A stretch of DNA of 63,904 nucleotides, filler included, from Folioceros fuciformis (GCA_049999805.1; 17 parts of 17 records of this genome joined end to end with filler, not necessarily neighbours in it); one strand, 5' to 3'; counted from the first letter of the whole stretch, positions 49,038 to 62,319 are shown. Notes: a model not told the origin generated them from the sequence alone. Made by a program: numbers and translations.

Positions 49038-50856
49038 ACATCCAGCCAAAACCCATTGGCAGAGGCAAAGAATAGATACCTCCAAGAAGCAGCCAAGGCC
49101 ATACTTTATCAGTCCGGTTTATCCAAGCCATTTTGGGCTGATGCAATACAAACTGCCACATATGTGCAAAACCGTTTGCCCACTTCTTCTTTCATAGGTG
49201 CTACCCCATATGAATGGTGGACTGGTTGTAAACCATCCATTTCACATCTGAAAAAATTTTGGCAGCCATGTGTACATGCACATCCCAAAGACCCATCGGA
49301 GAAAGCTAGATTACCAAGCCCGTGCTATGACTTTCATTGGATACACTGAGGGTATCAAAGGGTATAAGGTTTATGACCCTAGCTCCGGCCATGTCACTCA
49401 TACCTGTGTTGGCATTTTTGATGAGAATAACTTGTTGGTTGCAGCTTGTGCTAGAGAGGGGGGCCGACAGGATGTGATGTCTAACTCTCAAGTTACTGAA
49501 TTCCAAAGCGATAGTGATTCTGAACTTGAGCAAATAATTCCATGTGCAAGTCAGCCATAAGTAACTCCACCACAAGCCCCAAGCCATACCTCAGCTCCAG
49601 GCTTAAATCCACCACCACAAGTTGACACTGATGCTGGTGATACATTTGAAGCCAATGCAAGTGAGGGTGAAGCTGAAACTAATGTGCCAACACAGCCTGA
49701 ACTTGGTCAGCCTGCTACGCTTAGGAGGTCAGCGAGACACCATACAAGCTCTCCTCTGGAATGGAGCCAAGTGCCGCTTGCCATGGAAGGGCACATACGG
49801 CCGAATGCAAATATGAATGCCATGCTTGCCCAAATACTCATAGCAGCCCAAGACCTAGGTGAACCAGCATCCTCCAAAGAAGCCATAAACTCACCGGAGA
49901 AGGAGCAGTGGCAAGCAGCGATCAAATCAAAGTTTGATTCCCTTATTGAGAACGAGACTTGGGAATTAGTTGATCTACCCCAAGGAAGGAGGCCGATTTC
50001 AAACAAATGGGTGTTCAAAAGGAAACTTAACCCTGATGGCAGCACAGCTAGGTTCAAAGCTAGACTAGTGGTGCGTGGATTCTCCCAAAGAGAAGGGATA
50101 GACTACAATGAGACCTTCTCTCCTGTTGTGCGTGCGTCATCATTAAGGACACTCATGGCTATCGCTGCTCAAGAAGGTTATCACATCCACCAGATGGATG
50201 TACAGATGGCTTTCCTTAATGGCCTCCTTGAAGAAGAGGTATACATGATGCAGCCTGAAGGCTATATTGATGCCAAGCACCCAAGCAAGGTTTGTAGGCT
50301 GAAGAAAACCCAGTATGGCCTCAAACAAACGAATCGTGGGTGGAACTTGAGGTTGCACACATATCTTGTAAGGAGAGGGTTTAAGCAATCAGATGCTGAT
50401 GACAGTGTCTATGTATATAAGAAGAAAGGGCAGACTGCCTACCTAGCAGTGTACGTCGATGACACAATCATATTTGGGTCTGATAATGGCATGATAAAAG
50501 AGGTAAAAGGCATCCTGTCCTCAGAATTCAAAATGACAGATTTGAGCCCTTGCAAATTCTTCCTAGGTGTCCAAGCACTCATGAACCCAGTGACAGGAAG
50601 CATATTTCTCAACCAGCAGCATTATGTGAGCAGATTACTTGAGAAGTTCAACATGCAAAATGCGAAGCCAGCAGCAACTCCAGCTGCAGTGGGGGCTACC
50701 CTGACACAAGATCCATGTCCCAAGACACTTATTGAGCAGAAGGAGATGGAGAATACACCATACAAAGTTCTTGTAGGGTGTTTGCTATGGCTGAGTGGCT
50801 GGACCAGACTAGATATTGCCCATGCGACATCAATTGCCTCACAATTCTTAGCCAAT
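49038..50856 (+). mobile_element. Ty1/copia integrase-RT fragment
   Basis: AEAKNR..FWADA..NRLPT, KARLVVRG, QMDV, YVDD. Ends at SQFLAN where a TGT-starting insertion begins. Confidence 0.9.
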
Positions 50857-52488
50857 TGTGGATTCCACATGCTGAACAGACCCCTGGGAAATGATAGGTT
50901 TTTTTTTTTTTGGATTTGTGAGTGAGTGTTGTAGAGGAAAGGTTGGGAGATTAGGTTAGAATAGTAGCTAGATTGATGGTGAGTCGATAGGGTAGGTAGG
51001 TTGTGTGGTAGATAGGACGTGGGCTCTGGTCCCTGGAGTAAGGTGATGGAGGAATAGTAAACCCCAAGACGTCATGGAAGGCGAGCGGGGCTTGGCTCTC
51101 TCTAGGAGACTGCTGGTGGAAGCTGGGGACAGGATGGAGGTGTCGGGACGCTACCTAGGTGCATTGGGTGGATAGGGATCACGAGAGCACAGGTGGCCGG
51201 ATTAGTAGACCGGCGGGATCGGGGCGGTGGCCTGGATCTGGTCAGATCGGGGGCCGACAGCAACCGGGCTTTGGCTGACGGGGTTGGCCAGGGATAGATA
51301 TGAAAGGGGCAGGCATCCCCGCAGCGGTGGAGGTAGGTCAGATGGGGGCAAGGCGGTGCGGTGGCCTGTGGCAGGTCGCCGGGGCAGTCTATGACAGGCC
51401 GGTGGCTAGCTGGTGGTCTAGCAGGCTGCTAAGGAGCCTAGCCAGTAGCCTAGCATCCCAGACAGCCAACAACATCAGTTGCGCCAGGTAGCCAGGCCGG
51501 GTAGGCTGGCTGGCTGGCCGGATCCGAGAGGCACGCATGGGCAGCTAGCGTGCCGGTTGATGGCAGGTGATAGGCTGCTGAGGAGTCTCGACAGCAGTGA
51601 ACCTGAGCCGGCTGCAAGCAGGCAGGCGGGCCTGCGGATCTAGGCAGCCAGGCCGACTGGCTGGACCATGGCCAAGCGGCGGGCTGGCCGGATCGTCGAC
51701 AGCAGCGGGAGCAGGCCGGCTGGCGGTGGGGTCTAGCAAGGGCGTTCTGCTAGTTGGAGGCGGCGGCTAAAGAGCTTAGCCAGCAGCCGTCCCAGCCCGG
51801 CAAAAGGTAGGCAGCACTACGAGGGGACAGACCCGACCAACAGTAGGCGGCCCAGCAGCGGGCTGCATGACCGGGTCCGGGAGGACAGGCGGATCCGGCA
51901 CTGCCTAGCAGCTGGTCCAGGCATATGCTGGCCGGCGACCCAACAGCCTAGAGGCTGTAGGAATCCAGGCTAGGCGGGGTCTGGTGATCCAGGCCTGCTA
52001 GCAGCCGGATCGATCGGCAGAGGCAGATCTGAACTAGGCAGCCCAGAGGCGGCGCTGGAGGCTGGCTGGTAAGGCTGGCAGGTGAGGCTCAGGTCAGGCG
52101 GCCGCTGGCCGGCTACAGGGGCAAATCAAGACGCAGCAGGTTGGGCCGGATCCGGAAGCCAAGCAGCAGCCTGGCTGCAGGGCCCAAGCAGGCTGGCGGC
52201 CAGCCGGATTCAAGCTGGCTGGGCAGGTGGCCTGGCCATGGTGGCTGGTCGCAGCTGGGCCGGACAGCCTAAGGCGGCGCTAGATCGTAGCCAGACGGGC
52301 CTCTAGCTGATCCAAATCGTGCTGGCCAGGAGGGGGGCCGGGTATGCGAGAAGGATGGTAGAGGGGCTGCTGGCTGGTGATGGCCGGCTGAGGAGCTTAG
52401 CCAAGCAGCCCAGCCTGTGCCGGTGGCAAGCTGGCTGCCGGGATCCGATCCCGGCTAGGATCTCTGTTGGGCCGCGGGACTGGCTGGG
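50857..52488. mobile_element. GC-rich non-coding repeat, LTR-like, inserted in copia RT; related copy at 62420-63497 in opposite orientation
   Basis: Starts TGTGG. 50930-51040 matches the reverse complement of ~63385-63495. Both copies are rich in ggccgg/ggatcc/gctggc words. Confidence 0.6.
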
Positions 52489-52664
52489 NNNNNNNNNNNN
52501 NNNNNNNNNNNNNNNNNNNNNNNNNNNNNNNNTTAATTAATTAANNNNNNNNNNNNNNNNNNNNNNNNNNNNNNNNNNNNNNNNNNNNACCTTTCTACTT
52601 TTAACTTTCACCTTATTTCACTTATGCCATTACTCTCTTCCCCACTAGGAAGATGTCATTGTCC

Positions 52665-54224
52665 TCAATGACCTGCAGTATAACGTGAGATCATCCATGA
52701 TCCTTGTTGCACATCTTGAAGTGAAACCCAGACAGGATCTGCAAAATCACGAAGTCTTACTAGATACTCTAGAACATTACCACGGACATAAGGCACTTCT
52801 CTTTCTGCTAGAAATTCAACAATCTCTTGCAGACTATGGTTATATTGAACCAGGATAACATAGTCTTTCCTGTTCATGTCGTCATTCTCTTTCGAAATCA
52901 CAAACGGTTTCAGCAAAGAGACATGAAACACATCATGAGAGAAGATCCAATTAGGCAGTTGTAGTTTGTAAGCCACATTCCCAATGCGCTTTAGAACTAC
53001 GAAAGGACCTCCATACTTAGGCCTTAACTTTGGGGACAATCCTTGAGGTACTGGGAAGTGTTTCAACTTTACCCAAACCTTGTCACCCACTTGAAATTCT
53101 GCCTCTTTCCTGTGCCTATCAGCAAACTTCTTTTGCCTGTCTTGAGCTTTGGCCAAAATCCTCTTAGCAATTTCATGCCTGGCGCTTAACTGCTCAATAA
53201 ATTCACGTGGTTCTCTTGCTGCTGTCTCAAACACGTCAGCATTCAACATGGAAACTGCGTCCATTGCTTCGTTACCTGTCATCTGAAAAGGTGTATAGCC
53301 TGTGGAGCTATGTACAGTATTGTTATAACAAAACTCTGCATCCTCAAGATGATTACTCCAGTTCCTTTGGTCCATTTGTACATAGTGTCGTAAGTATTCC
53401 TCTTGGATTCTGTTTACTCTTTCTGTAGATCCATCTGTATCAGGGTGATATGCTGTACTTAGACATAGTTGCACTCCCAAGCTCTTCATAAGCTGTTGCC
53501 AAATTTCCGCTGTGAATCTGGGATCTCTATCACTCACAATTTGCATAGGCAATCCATGTAACACATAGATGTGCTTCTTAAACATTTGAGCAACTTCTAA
53601 AGCCTTCACTTGCTTCTTCGTGGGGATAAAGTGTGCTTGCTTGCTGAACCTATCAACAACTGTCATGATAGCTGTGTATCCATTACTGGGTGGCAATGGC
53701 ATAACAAAATCCATTGATATACTCTTCCAAGGCCCACTTGGAATAGGCAGGGGTTGCAACAAACCTCGTGGATTTGTCTGCTCTACTTTATCCTGCTGAC
53801 AGTCTACACAAGACTTCACATACTCTACAGTATGTTTGTACATTCCAGGCCAGTAAAACAGCTTCTTCAACTTCTCGTAAGTTGTGTCAATTCCCCGATG
53901 ACCAGCACTTAACACATCGTGACATTCTGCAAGCAACTTTTTTCTCAACTCTTGAGAATCAGGAATCACAATCCTGTTTTGCTTGAACATTAACAAGCCA
54001 TTTCTAAGCTTAAACTTAGACCCCGGTTGCTCTATCTCGTTAATCCAATCTTGCACTAATGGATCATGCAAATAAGCCTCTTTAATCTACGTGTGAGTGT
54101 CCCTTGGCTCAATCACCATCCGCGTTGTAGCTAATTTAGGATTCTTCAGCTTAAAAACAGACATTAAACTCAACTCCTGCTTGCGACTAAGAGCATCTGC
54201 CACGAGATTTTCCTTCCCTGGCTT
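52665..54224 (-). mobile_element. Ty3/gypsy (chromovirus-like) integrase with GPY/F motif and C-terminal chromodomain-like tail
   Basis: HD..AGH.G..C..CQ, ISMDF, VDRFSK, SDRDPRF, AYHP.TDG.TER, PKYGGPF, HDVFHVSLLK, EYLVR...WV. A purine tract follows the stop. Confidence 0.9.
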
Positions 54225-54949
54225 NNNNNNNNNNNNNNNNNNNNNNNNNNNNNNNNNNNNNNNNNNNNTTAATTAATTAANNNNNNNNNNNNNNNNNNNN
54301 NNNNNNNNNNNNNNNNNNNNNNNNGAGCGACGGTTTGCCAACACGGCCGCGACCACCCGCTGGCGAACTGTTATTCCCCTTAGTTGGGGTAACGGGAACG
54401 CCCGTTTCGGCGCGCACCGTTACGGAAAGAGGTGTGCCCTTTTAACGGGGCGTTGCACTCCCTTCACCAACAGGTGTGACCCAGTCTATGTATATTCTTT
54501 TTTTTTTTAAGGGGCACTAATAATTATTTTCAGGAATTTTTGTAGAGAAAATTTCTGAAGATATTCCTGCCCCTCCAATCATACGAAGGTTTCTGGCCAT
54601 GCGCTGTGTTCCTCCAGCTCAACACTTTAATCCTGGTTTTACCTCAGAGATAATAATGGAGCTCGTAAAATCAGAGAAAAGATCTCCCTCTACCCGTTTT
54701 GAGACATTGGAATCAACTCATAAGGAGTTCAAGCTTAATGAGGCTCAAGTTGAAGCTGCAGCGTTATCTCAATGTTATCAACTACTGTGGAACTCCATTG
54801 ACAACATCAATACTAGTTTAGTGAATGTTGTTGAAACTTTCTAAGACTTGAGTCAACTTTTGGTAGTCAAGGTGTTGAAGATAGTTTTATAAAAGGATAG
54901 GAATACATTGGTACTCAATAGGCATGTGGGTTAACAGTATATATATATA

Positions 54950-55609
54950 TGCTCTCTCAGTCCAATGCTTGTGAGCAGTCTTTTGCTCCTGTGATGGAGT
55001 ACGATCCATCTCTGGTTCACTCTCATCACCTGTGCAGAGGTCCCAATAGCCTCTACCTACCAAGAAGTTCTTCATCCTGAACTTCCACAAAGCAAAATTC
55101 TTGTTATCCAACTTCTCTCCCACGACCTGAGAGATATTGTCTAATCCCTGCACATTAGCCATGATTCAGGCTCCTTTACGTACCAACACTCTCGCGCCTC
55201 TCGTGCGCTCTTGCGCCTGTTGCGGCTTCCTACGCTGCCTACGCCTCCTGCGCCTCTCAATGGCTTGCATTGCCAGCCACCTTCACGCTCACGACCATAG
55301 CCTCAAACCCCCGCCATAGCTGCAATGGCCACCGGCGCTCTCTAAGGCTCTGATACCATGTTAAAATAGCACCACAGGCCTAGAAGGACTCCACAGTTCC
55401 TTACTTATGGTGCACAGGATGCTACATATATAGCCTTCAGGCGGGGCAACCCTCGATAATGCAAGCCTTAGTCTCGAGGGTGCAATATCCTAGTATATCC
55501 TGATAACACTTAGGTGATAGATAACTACGAGTTCAATATGGGATAATCTACACTATCCTAAGTGTTGTATGCTCTTAATAACAATTCAGTTAGAGCTTGA
55601 TTTCTAACA
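54950..55609 (-). mobile_element. 5' end of a Ty1/copia element: 251-bp LTR (55359-55609), Met-tRNA PBS (55346-55358) and gag start, truncated at a (TA)n tract
   Basis: TGTTAG...AACA then TGGTATCAGAGCC. Gag reads EKLDNKNFALWKFRMKNFL..YWD...G. Confidence 0.88.
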
Positions 55610-55835
55610 CTTAGGTGCTCCAGATGCTGCTCCACCCCTCCAAACACACAAAAATCATCTATGAACACCTCCATGAACTTGTGGAGGAAATCCTTGAAGA
55701 TCTTGTACATGCTGCGCATAAAGGACCCCGGTGCTCCTGTCAGCCCAAAAGCACTCCTCTTGTAGGCGAATGTCCCCCAATCAGTTGTGAAGGCTATCAA
55801 TGGCCAGTCACTCTCCCTGAGGGACAGCTGATTGT
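55610..55835 (-). mobile_element. Ty3/gypsy RT fragment, the target of the copia insertion
   Basis: AFTTDWGTF..FGLTGAPGSF..FIDDF..EQHLEHL. Confidence 0.8.
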
Positions 55836-56316
55836 NNNNNNNNNNNNNNNNNNNNNNNNNNNNNNNNNNNNNNNNNNNNTTAATTAATTAANNNNNNNNN
55901 NNNNNNNNNNNNNNNNNNNNNNNNNNNNNNNNNNNGTTCACTACATGCCCCCTTTTTTTTATTTTTCTCTTCCTCTCTTTTTCGTTCTCCAACGTGTACC
56001 CGTCTACGACTTGGTACGTGTCGGGTAGGGTCCATCGTTTGTGCAAGCCTTGCCTAACATGCTCCCCTCCTTCCCGGACGCCTTCCTTTTGCAACTTTGC
56101 CGTCAGAGAAATTCCCTCGCAAGCTCATGTCGGGATGGACCACAATGTACTATTAGCGGTATGGGATGACCACACTATGTGCCATATCCAATCCCTGGCC
56201 AGGAGTTGTTCAACGCCAATTACATATCATATGAATGCAGAGAATTCATACAACACTCAGAACTACATTACGACGTTGGCTTCGCTTATGGTTGCAGAGG
56301 AGCAAGTAACTCAGTA

Positions 56317-57390
56317 AAGTTTGTTCAGCTTCAGGTTGTGCAAGCAAGTTCAGTAATGCTTGTCCGGCCAAGTTCAGTAATGCTTGTCCGGCCAACTTGA
56401 GATTGCACGAGCAAGTTCAGTAATGCTTTTCCGGCCAACTTGAGATTGCACCAGCAAGTTTAATAATGCTTGTCCGGCCGACTTGAGATTGCACCAGCAA
56501 GTTTAGTTATACTTGTCCGGCCGACTTGAGATTGCACCAGCAAGTTCAGTTATGCTTGTCCGACCAACTTGAGGTTGCACGAACAAGTTCAATAATACTT
56601 GTCTGGCCAACTTAAGGTTGCACTAGCGAGTGCAATAATGCTTGACCGGGTTGAGAGTACATAAGCTAGTTCAGTAATGCTTGAGCCAAGTCAATAGACT
56701 CTTAAGGTTGCACTAGTGAGTGCAATAATGTTTGACCGGGTCGAGAGTACATCAGCTAGTTTAGTAGTGCTTGTCCAATTGCACAAGCGAGGTCAATAGA
56801 CTCAATCGTGCTTGTCTGGTTGCATGATCTAGTTTAGTGTTTAGTGTAATACTTGTCTGGCTCGAAGTTGCAAGAGCGAGTTTAGTAATGCTCATTCGGC
56901 TTGAGGTTGCACGAGCCAAGTTGAGTAATGCTTGTCCCGATAAAGTTAAGTAATGCTTGTTCGACTTGAGGTTGCACAAACAAAGTTGAGTAATGCTCAT
57001 CCAGCCGAAGTTGAGTAATGCTTGTAGTAGTGAAGTTAAGTAATGTTTGTCCAGTCACACTTGTCCTAGTGAAGTTAAGTAATGCTTGTCCAGTCACACT
57101 TGTCTCAGTGAAGTTAAGTAATACTTGTCCAGCTTGAGGCTGTGCAAAAGAAGTCGAGTAATTTTGGTCCACGTGAAGTTGAGTAATGCTTATACGACTA
57201 GAAGTTGCATGAGCGAGTTCAACAATGCTCATTCGGCTTGAGGTTGCACTAGCTTGTTTGCTTGAGGTTGTATGGGCAAAGTTCAATAATGTTTGTGCGG
57301 CTTGTGATTGCACAGCAATGCTTGTGCTTATTCTTGTTAAGGTTGCATGGGTATGTTCAGTAACCCTTGCAATCGCACAGCGCATTCAAT
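56317..57390. repeat. Degenerate tandem array of ~41-bp units built on a core aagtt(c/g)agtaatgcttgtcc
   Basis: caagttcagtaatgcttgtccggccaacttgagattgcacgag and variants, repeated and decaying towards the 3' end. Confidence 0.85.
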
Positions 57391-58046
57391 AATGTTAGAT
57401 GGTGTAGATGTTTATGTACCTTTTTGTTCTTGGCTTCTCTCCTCTGTGAATACTAAAAAACATTGTCTATTGCCAGTAATGACATGAATATGACAAGACA
57501 AGACAATCTAGGCGAATATGTAATGACATGAATTTGACAGTACGAGACAATCTAGGTGAGCACGTGAAACCCTAGGGCCTGAAGTCTAGGGAGTTTAGCT
57601 GGTGTTGATGTTTAAGTCCCGTCTTTGTCTTGTCTCCTACGAAGGTACTAAGATATGTACATCTAGGTTGCCCATGGCAAGTAGCAACATGAATGTAACA
57701 ATTCAAGATAATTCAAGTGAGTACATGCATATGTACATGTATAAAACCTAGGTTTTATACCACTCTTTTTGTGTTCACATGTCGTCTGACAGTGATTGAG
57801 GATTCACTAAACCTTCTTGTCTTCAGTTGTAATGTCCTATGTTCTTGTGTTCAATGTTCTTCAATTGTAATGTCCTGTGTTCTTGTGTTCAGTGTTTGGA
57901 GACAATAGTACACAATAGTACACGGCACATTACAATCCCGAAGATTNNNNNNNNNNNNNNNNNNNNNNNNNNNNNNNNNNNNNNNNNNNNTTAATTAATT
58001 AANNNNNNNNNNNNNNNNNNNNNNNNNNNNNNNNNNNNNNNNNNNN

Positions 58047-61000
58047 CGCATAGGGAGTGGTTTAGCACTTATGATGCTACTAGGAAAGGATGTGTTCGGC
58101 TTGGAAATAACTACGCGTGCGAGATAGCAGGCGTTGGTGATGTGCAGCTGAAGTTCGACAACGGATCTTCATTCACACTAAAGGATGTCAAGCATGTTCC
58201 GAAGTTGACCAAAAGCATGATTAGCGCAGGGCAGTTGGATGACGCTGGCTACCACTGTTGGTTTGGAGATCGTTCTTGGAAGATCTCCAAAGGTTCTCTT
58301 GTAATAGCTCGTGGATCGAAGTGTGGCACTTTGTACTCACTTCAGGTAACCACTGTCAAGGATCATGTGATTTGTGTAGCGGAACAGCCAAGTGTTTCCT
58401 TGTGGCATAGTCGGTTAGGACATATGTCTCAGAAAGGAATGAAGATCTTATCTCGTTTTGGTTACGTCCCTGCTCTTGACTTCTCCGATTTCTCCGTGTG
58501 TGAGCACTGTTTGTATGGAAAACAGACGAAGTCACCACATGGAGCAAGAGGTAAACACAAAAGTAAACCTCTTGAATTGGTTCACAGTGACATTTGTGGA
58601 CCTATGCCCACTGTGTCGTTAGGCGGTGCATCTTATTTTGTCACTTTCATTGATGACTTCTCACGCAAGGTGTGGGTTTATCCTTTGAGGAAAAAGGATG
58701 ATGTTCTGACAGTGTTTCAGAAATTCATCACCCTTGTGGAGAATGAGTCTGGCCTCCGGCTGAAGTGTCTAAGGACAGACAATGGGGGAGAGTATGTCTC
58801 GAAGGCTTTCCAGTCATTCTGTGATTCCAAGGGAATCAAGAGAGAATTGACTACACCGTATACTCCTCCCCAGAATGGTGTGGCTGAGCGGATGAACAGG
58901 AACATCCAGGAGAGGATGCGTAGTTTGTTGTCAAACTCTGGATTGCCTAACGGATTTTGGGCAGAAGCGGTGGTTACGGCAGTGCATCTTATTAACAGAT
59001 CTCCTAATAGGGCTGTGGATGAACAGGTTCCAGAGGAGATGTGGTCTGGAGAGAAGCCGTCATACAAACATCTACGAGTGTTTGGCTGTGAGGCATATTA
59101 CCATGTTCCGAAGGAGTTTCGCGACAAGTTGGCTCCTAAGTCAAGAAAATGTATTTTTCTTGGCTATGGTGAATCTGATGAGATGGGATACCGTCTGTGG
59201 GATCCATAAGCCAAGAGGATGGTTCGCAGCAATGATGTGTTCTTCAATGAGACCAAGATGCACAAGAAGCCTGCTCCAACTGTGGAGGTGCGACGGGTGG
59301 TCTTCCAACAAGATGGACTTGACCGTCCCCCGCAGGCTGAACATCGTGATGTGCAGGAACAAGTTCCTCCACTTGTAGACGAGGAGAGAGTGCAACCAGC
59401 TCCGGTCGAGGCGCCAGTGCTTCGTAGGTCAGGAAGGATCTCACGTCCTCCTGACAGGTATGTTGCATCTCTTGATTATGTCATGCTGACGGATTGTGGG
59501 GAGCCCTCTTGTTACCAAGAGGCCATGTCAGTGACTGACAGAAACAAGTGGGAGAAGGCGATGCAGTCGCAGATGGATTCGCTTCGTAAGAACCAACCTT
59601 GGGAGTTGGTTCGGTTGCCTAAGGGCAAAAAGGCGTTGCCATGCAAATGGGTGTATAAGATGAAGGACATACCCCATTATGGCAAACCCAAGTACAAGGC
59701 ACGATTGGTTGCTAAAGGTTTTAAGCAACAACAAGGTATTGACTTTGATGAGATTTTCTCACCAGTTGTCAAAATGACTACCTTGAGATGTGTTCTTGGT
59801 CTGGTTGCGAGGAACGACATGGAACTTGTCCAGATGGATGTGAAGTCGGCATTTCTGCATGGTGATCTCCAGGAAGAGGTATACATGCAGCAACCAGAGG
59901 GTTTCATTGAGAAGGGCAAAGAGAGTCTGGTGTGCAAGTTAAAGAAGAGCCTTTATGGTTTGAAGCAGGCACCCAGGGAGTGGTATTTCAAGTTCCACTC
60001 ATTTATGCTTTCTCAAGGCTACAAGCGTAGCGATATGGATCATTGCCTCTATACGAAGCAAGCTAAGGATGGAAGCTTGCTCATTCTAGTCCTCTATGTG
60101 GATGGTATGCTAATTGCTGGGACTAACAGTGATGAGATTTCAGCGTTGCAGTCAAAGTTGAATGGTCGCTTTGACATGATAGACTTGGGGGAGGCAAGCC
60201 ATATTTCTTGGCTTGCGTATTCGTCGAGACAGACAAAAGCGTTTGATGTAGTTGTCTCAGACAGAATACATTAACAAGGTGCTTCAACGTTTCAATATGG
60301 AGAAGGGGAAGGTCTTAAGTACTCCGTTGCCTCCATATGTGAAACTTTCGAGCAAGGATTGCCCAAGTTCTGCGGAGGATAAAGCTGAAATGGAGAAGGT
60401 TCCATACTCATCAGCTGTAGGGAGTTTGATGTATGCAATGATTGCTACACATCCTGACATTGCTTTTGCAGTGGGAGTGGTTAGCAGGTTCATGTCAAAC
60501 CCTGGCAGGAAGCATTGGGAGGCAATGAAAGGAGTTATGAGGTATTTGAATGGTACAAAAGCTTTGTGCTTATGTTTTGGTAGTGAAGATGCATCTGTAG
60601 TGGGATATACGGATGCTGATTATGCAGGGGATATGGAAAAAAGGAGTTCCACATCAGGTTATGTCTTCATGTGCACTGGAGGGGCAGTCTCATGGCGATC
60701 TTGTTTGCAATCGTGCATAACGCTATCTACCACAGAGGCCGAGTATGTTGCAGCGACTGAGGCTTGCAAGGAAGCCATGTGGCTTGCTCGTTTAGTGGGA
60801 GATTTGGGGATCAAGGGTGAGCTGCCAGTGTTGCATTGTGATAGCCAGAGTGCTATCCAGTTGGCGAAGAATCCAGTGTTTCATGCGAAGACCAAACATG
60901 TGGAAGTGAAGTATCACTTCATTCGAGAGGTGTTGGAAGACAAGAGGGTACAACTTGTCAAAGTTCACACCAGTCAGAACCCTGCATATGTTCTTACCAA

Positions 61001-61176
61001 GGGGCTCTCTACGGAGCAATTCGCACAAGCTCGGACACTCATGGGCATGAGCTAGACCACTCTCTTATGAAGGTAAATTGGCCTTTAAGTGGGAGGTTGT
61101 AGGGTTATTAAAGCCCAATGTGCTTAGGCTAATGTGTTTAGTCTAAGATTAGTGTCTAGTTAAGTATCATTAGTTT
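58047..61176 (+). mobile_element. Ty1/copia pol (integrase, RT, RNase H), PPT and start of 3' LTR (61098); inactivated
   Basis: WHSRLGH, VHSDICGP, TDNGGEY, KARLVAKG, DADYAGD, TKHVE. Stop at 59207, catalytic YVDD changed to YVDG, frameshift near 60210. Confidence 0.92.
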
Positions 61177-61276
61177 NNNNNNNNNNNNNNNNNNNNNNNN
61201 NNNNNNNNNNNNNNNNNNNNTTAATTAATTAANNNNNNNNNNNNNNNNNNNNNNNNNNNNNNNNNNNNNNNNNNNN

Positions 61277-62319
61277 GGTTTGACATGGGCTAGTATTTCA
61301 GAGCCATGTACAGTGAAACAAGCAAAAGGAAAGCTGCAGTTCTTAGGACAGCTAGAAAAAGTTCCTTTGCAGATAGGCAATTGGACAGGACAAGCAAGCT
61401 TCACAGTTGTAGATATGGATGATCATGAAATCATCTTGGGCTTAGAATGGATGAAGGCCAATAAGGTATGTGTAGACGTGGACTCACGCACCATACAGAT
61501 CGTAGGAGATGAAAAGCACAAAGTGAGTTGTGCAGTCCTTGAGCATCAGCTTGGGCACAAGATTGATGAAGTCATCTCTAAGAAAGAGCTCAAGCGTTGT
61601 GTCAAAAATGGAGAGGAACTCTATTTGTTGGTGTTGCAAGGACTAGAAGATGGTCTTGAGATGGGATCTCAGAAGCAACCAAAGATTCCAAAGGAGATAC
61701 AGGATGTCTTAGATGAGTTTAAAGACTTGATGCCTACTGAGTTACCTCCTTTACCTCAACGGAGAGTTGTAGATCATGAAATTGATCTAAAGCCAGGAAG
61801 TGTACCGCCATCAAGAGCGCCATATAGATTGTCACTAGATGAGCTTCAAGAATTGAAGAGACAAATGTCTAACTTGTTAGCCAAGGGCTATGTTAGAGTC
61901 TCAAAATCCCCATTTGGTGCGCCAGTATTGTTTACGCGAAAGAAGAATGGAGGATTAAGGTTATGCTTGGATTACAGAGCACTCAACCAAATAACAGTCA
62001 AAAATTCCTATCCTTTGCCAAGGATGGATGATATGTTTGACAGGTTGAAAGGTGCTAAGTATTTTACCAGACTGGATTTGATGGCTGGTTATTACCAGAT
62101 TCGCATCGCAGAAGGACATGAATACAAAACTGCTTGTAGGACAAGGTATGGATCTTTTGAATTTCTAGTCATGCCATTTGGACTCACTAATGCACCAGCC
62201 ACATTTCAGACTCTCATGAATAGTATATTCAGAGATCTGTTGGATGAGTGTGTTGTGATCTATTTGGATGACATTTTGATATTCAGTTCTACCTTAGAGG
62301 AGCATGTCCAACACTTGAG
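61277..62319 (+). mobile_element. Ty3/gypsy protease C-terminus and reverse transcriptase
   Basis: [57 protein letters not shown]. Confidence 0.93.

Noticed and set aside
51300-52488. Short Ala/Gly/Arg-rich ORFs here and at 62526-63237
   Set aside because: Expected by chance in GC-rich repeat DNA and not conserved between the two related copies.
54325-54900. hAT-like subterminal region (AACGG/CCGTT words) and the 81-aa ORF
   Set aside because: No terminal inverted repeat or transposase motif is visible, and the contig end truncates the context.
56317-57390. CRISPR array or repeat-protein gene (ORFs 56761-57000, 56882-57385)
   Set aside because: Intervening sequences are related to each other rather than unique spacers, there are no cas genes, the context is eukaryotic, and the ORFs are by-products of the repeat.
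41171-59209. TAG/TAA codons in copia ORFs (41171, 59207) as programmed readthrough or editing sites
   Set aside because: They sit inside conserved domains of elements with other lesions, so ordinary mutational decay explains them. Plant U-to-C editing is organellar.
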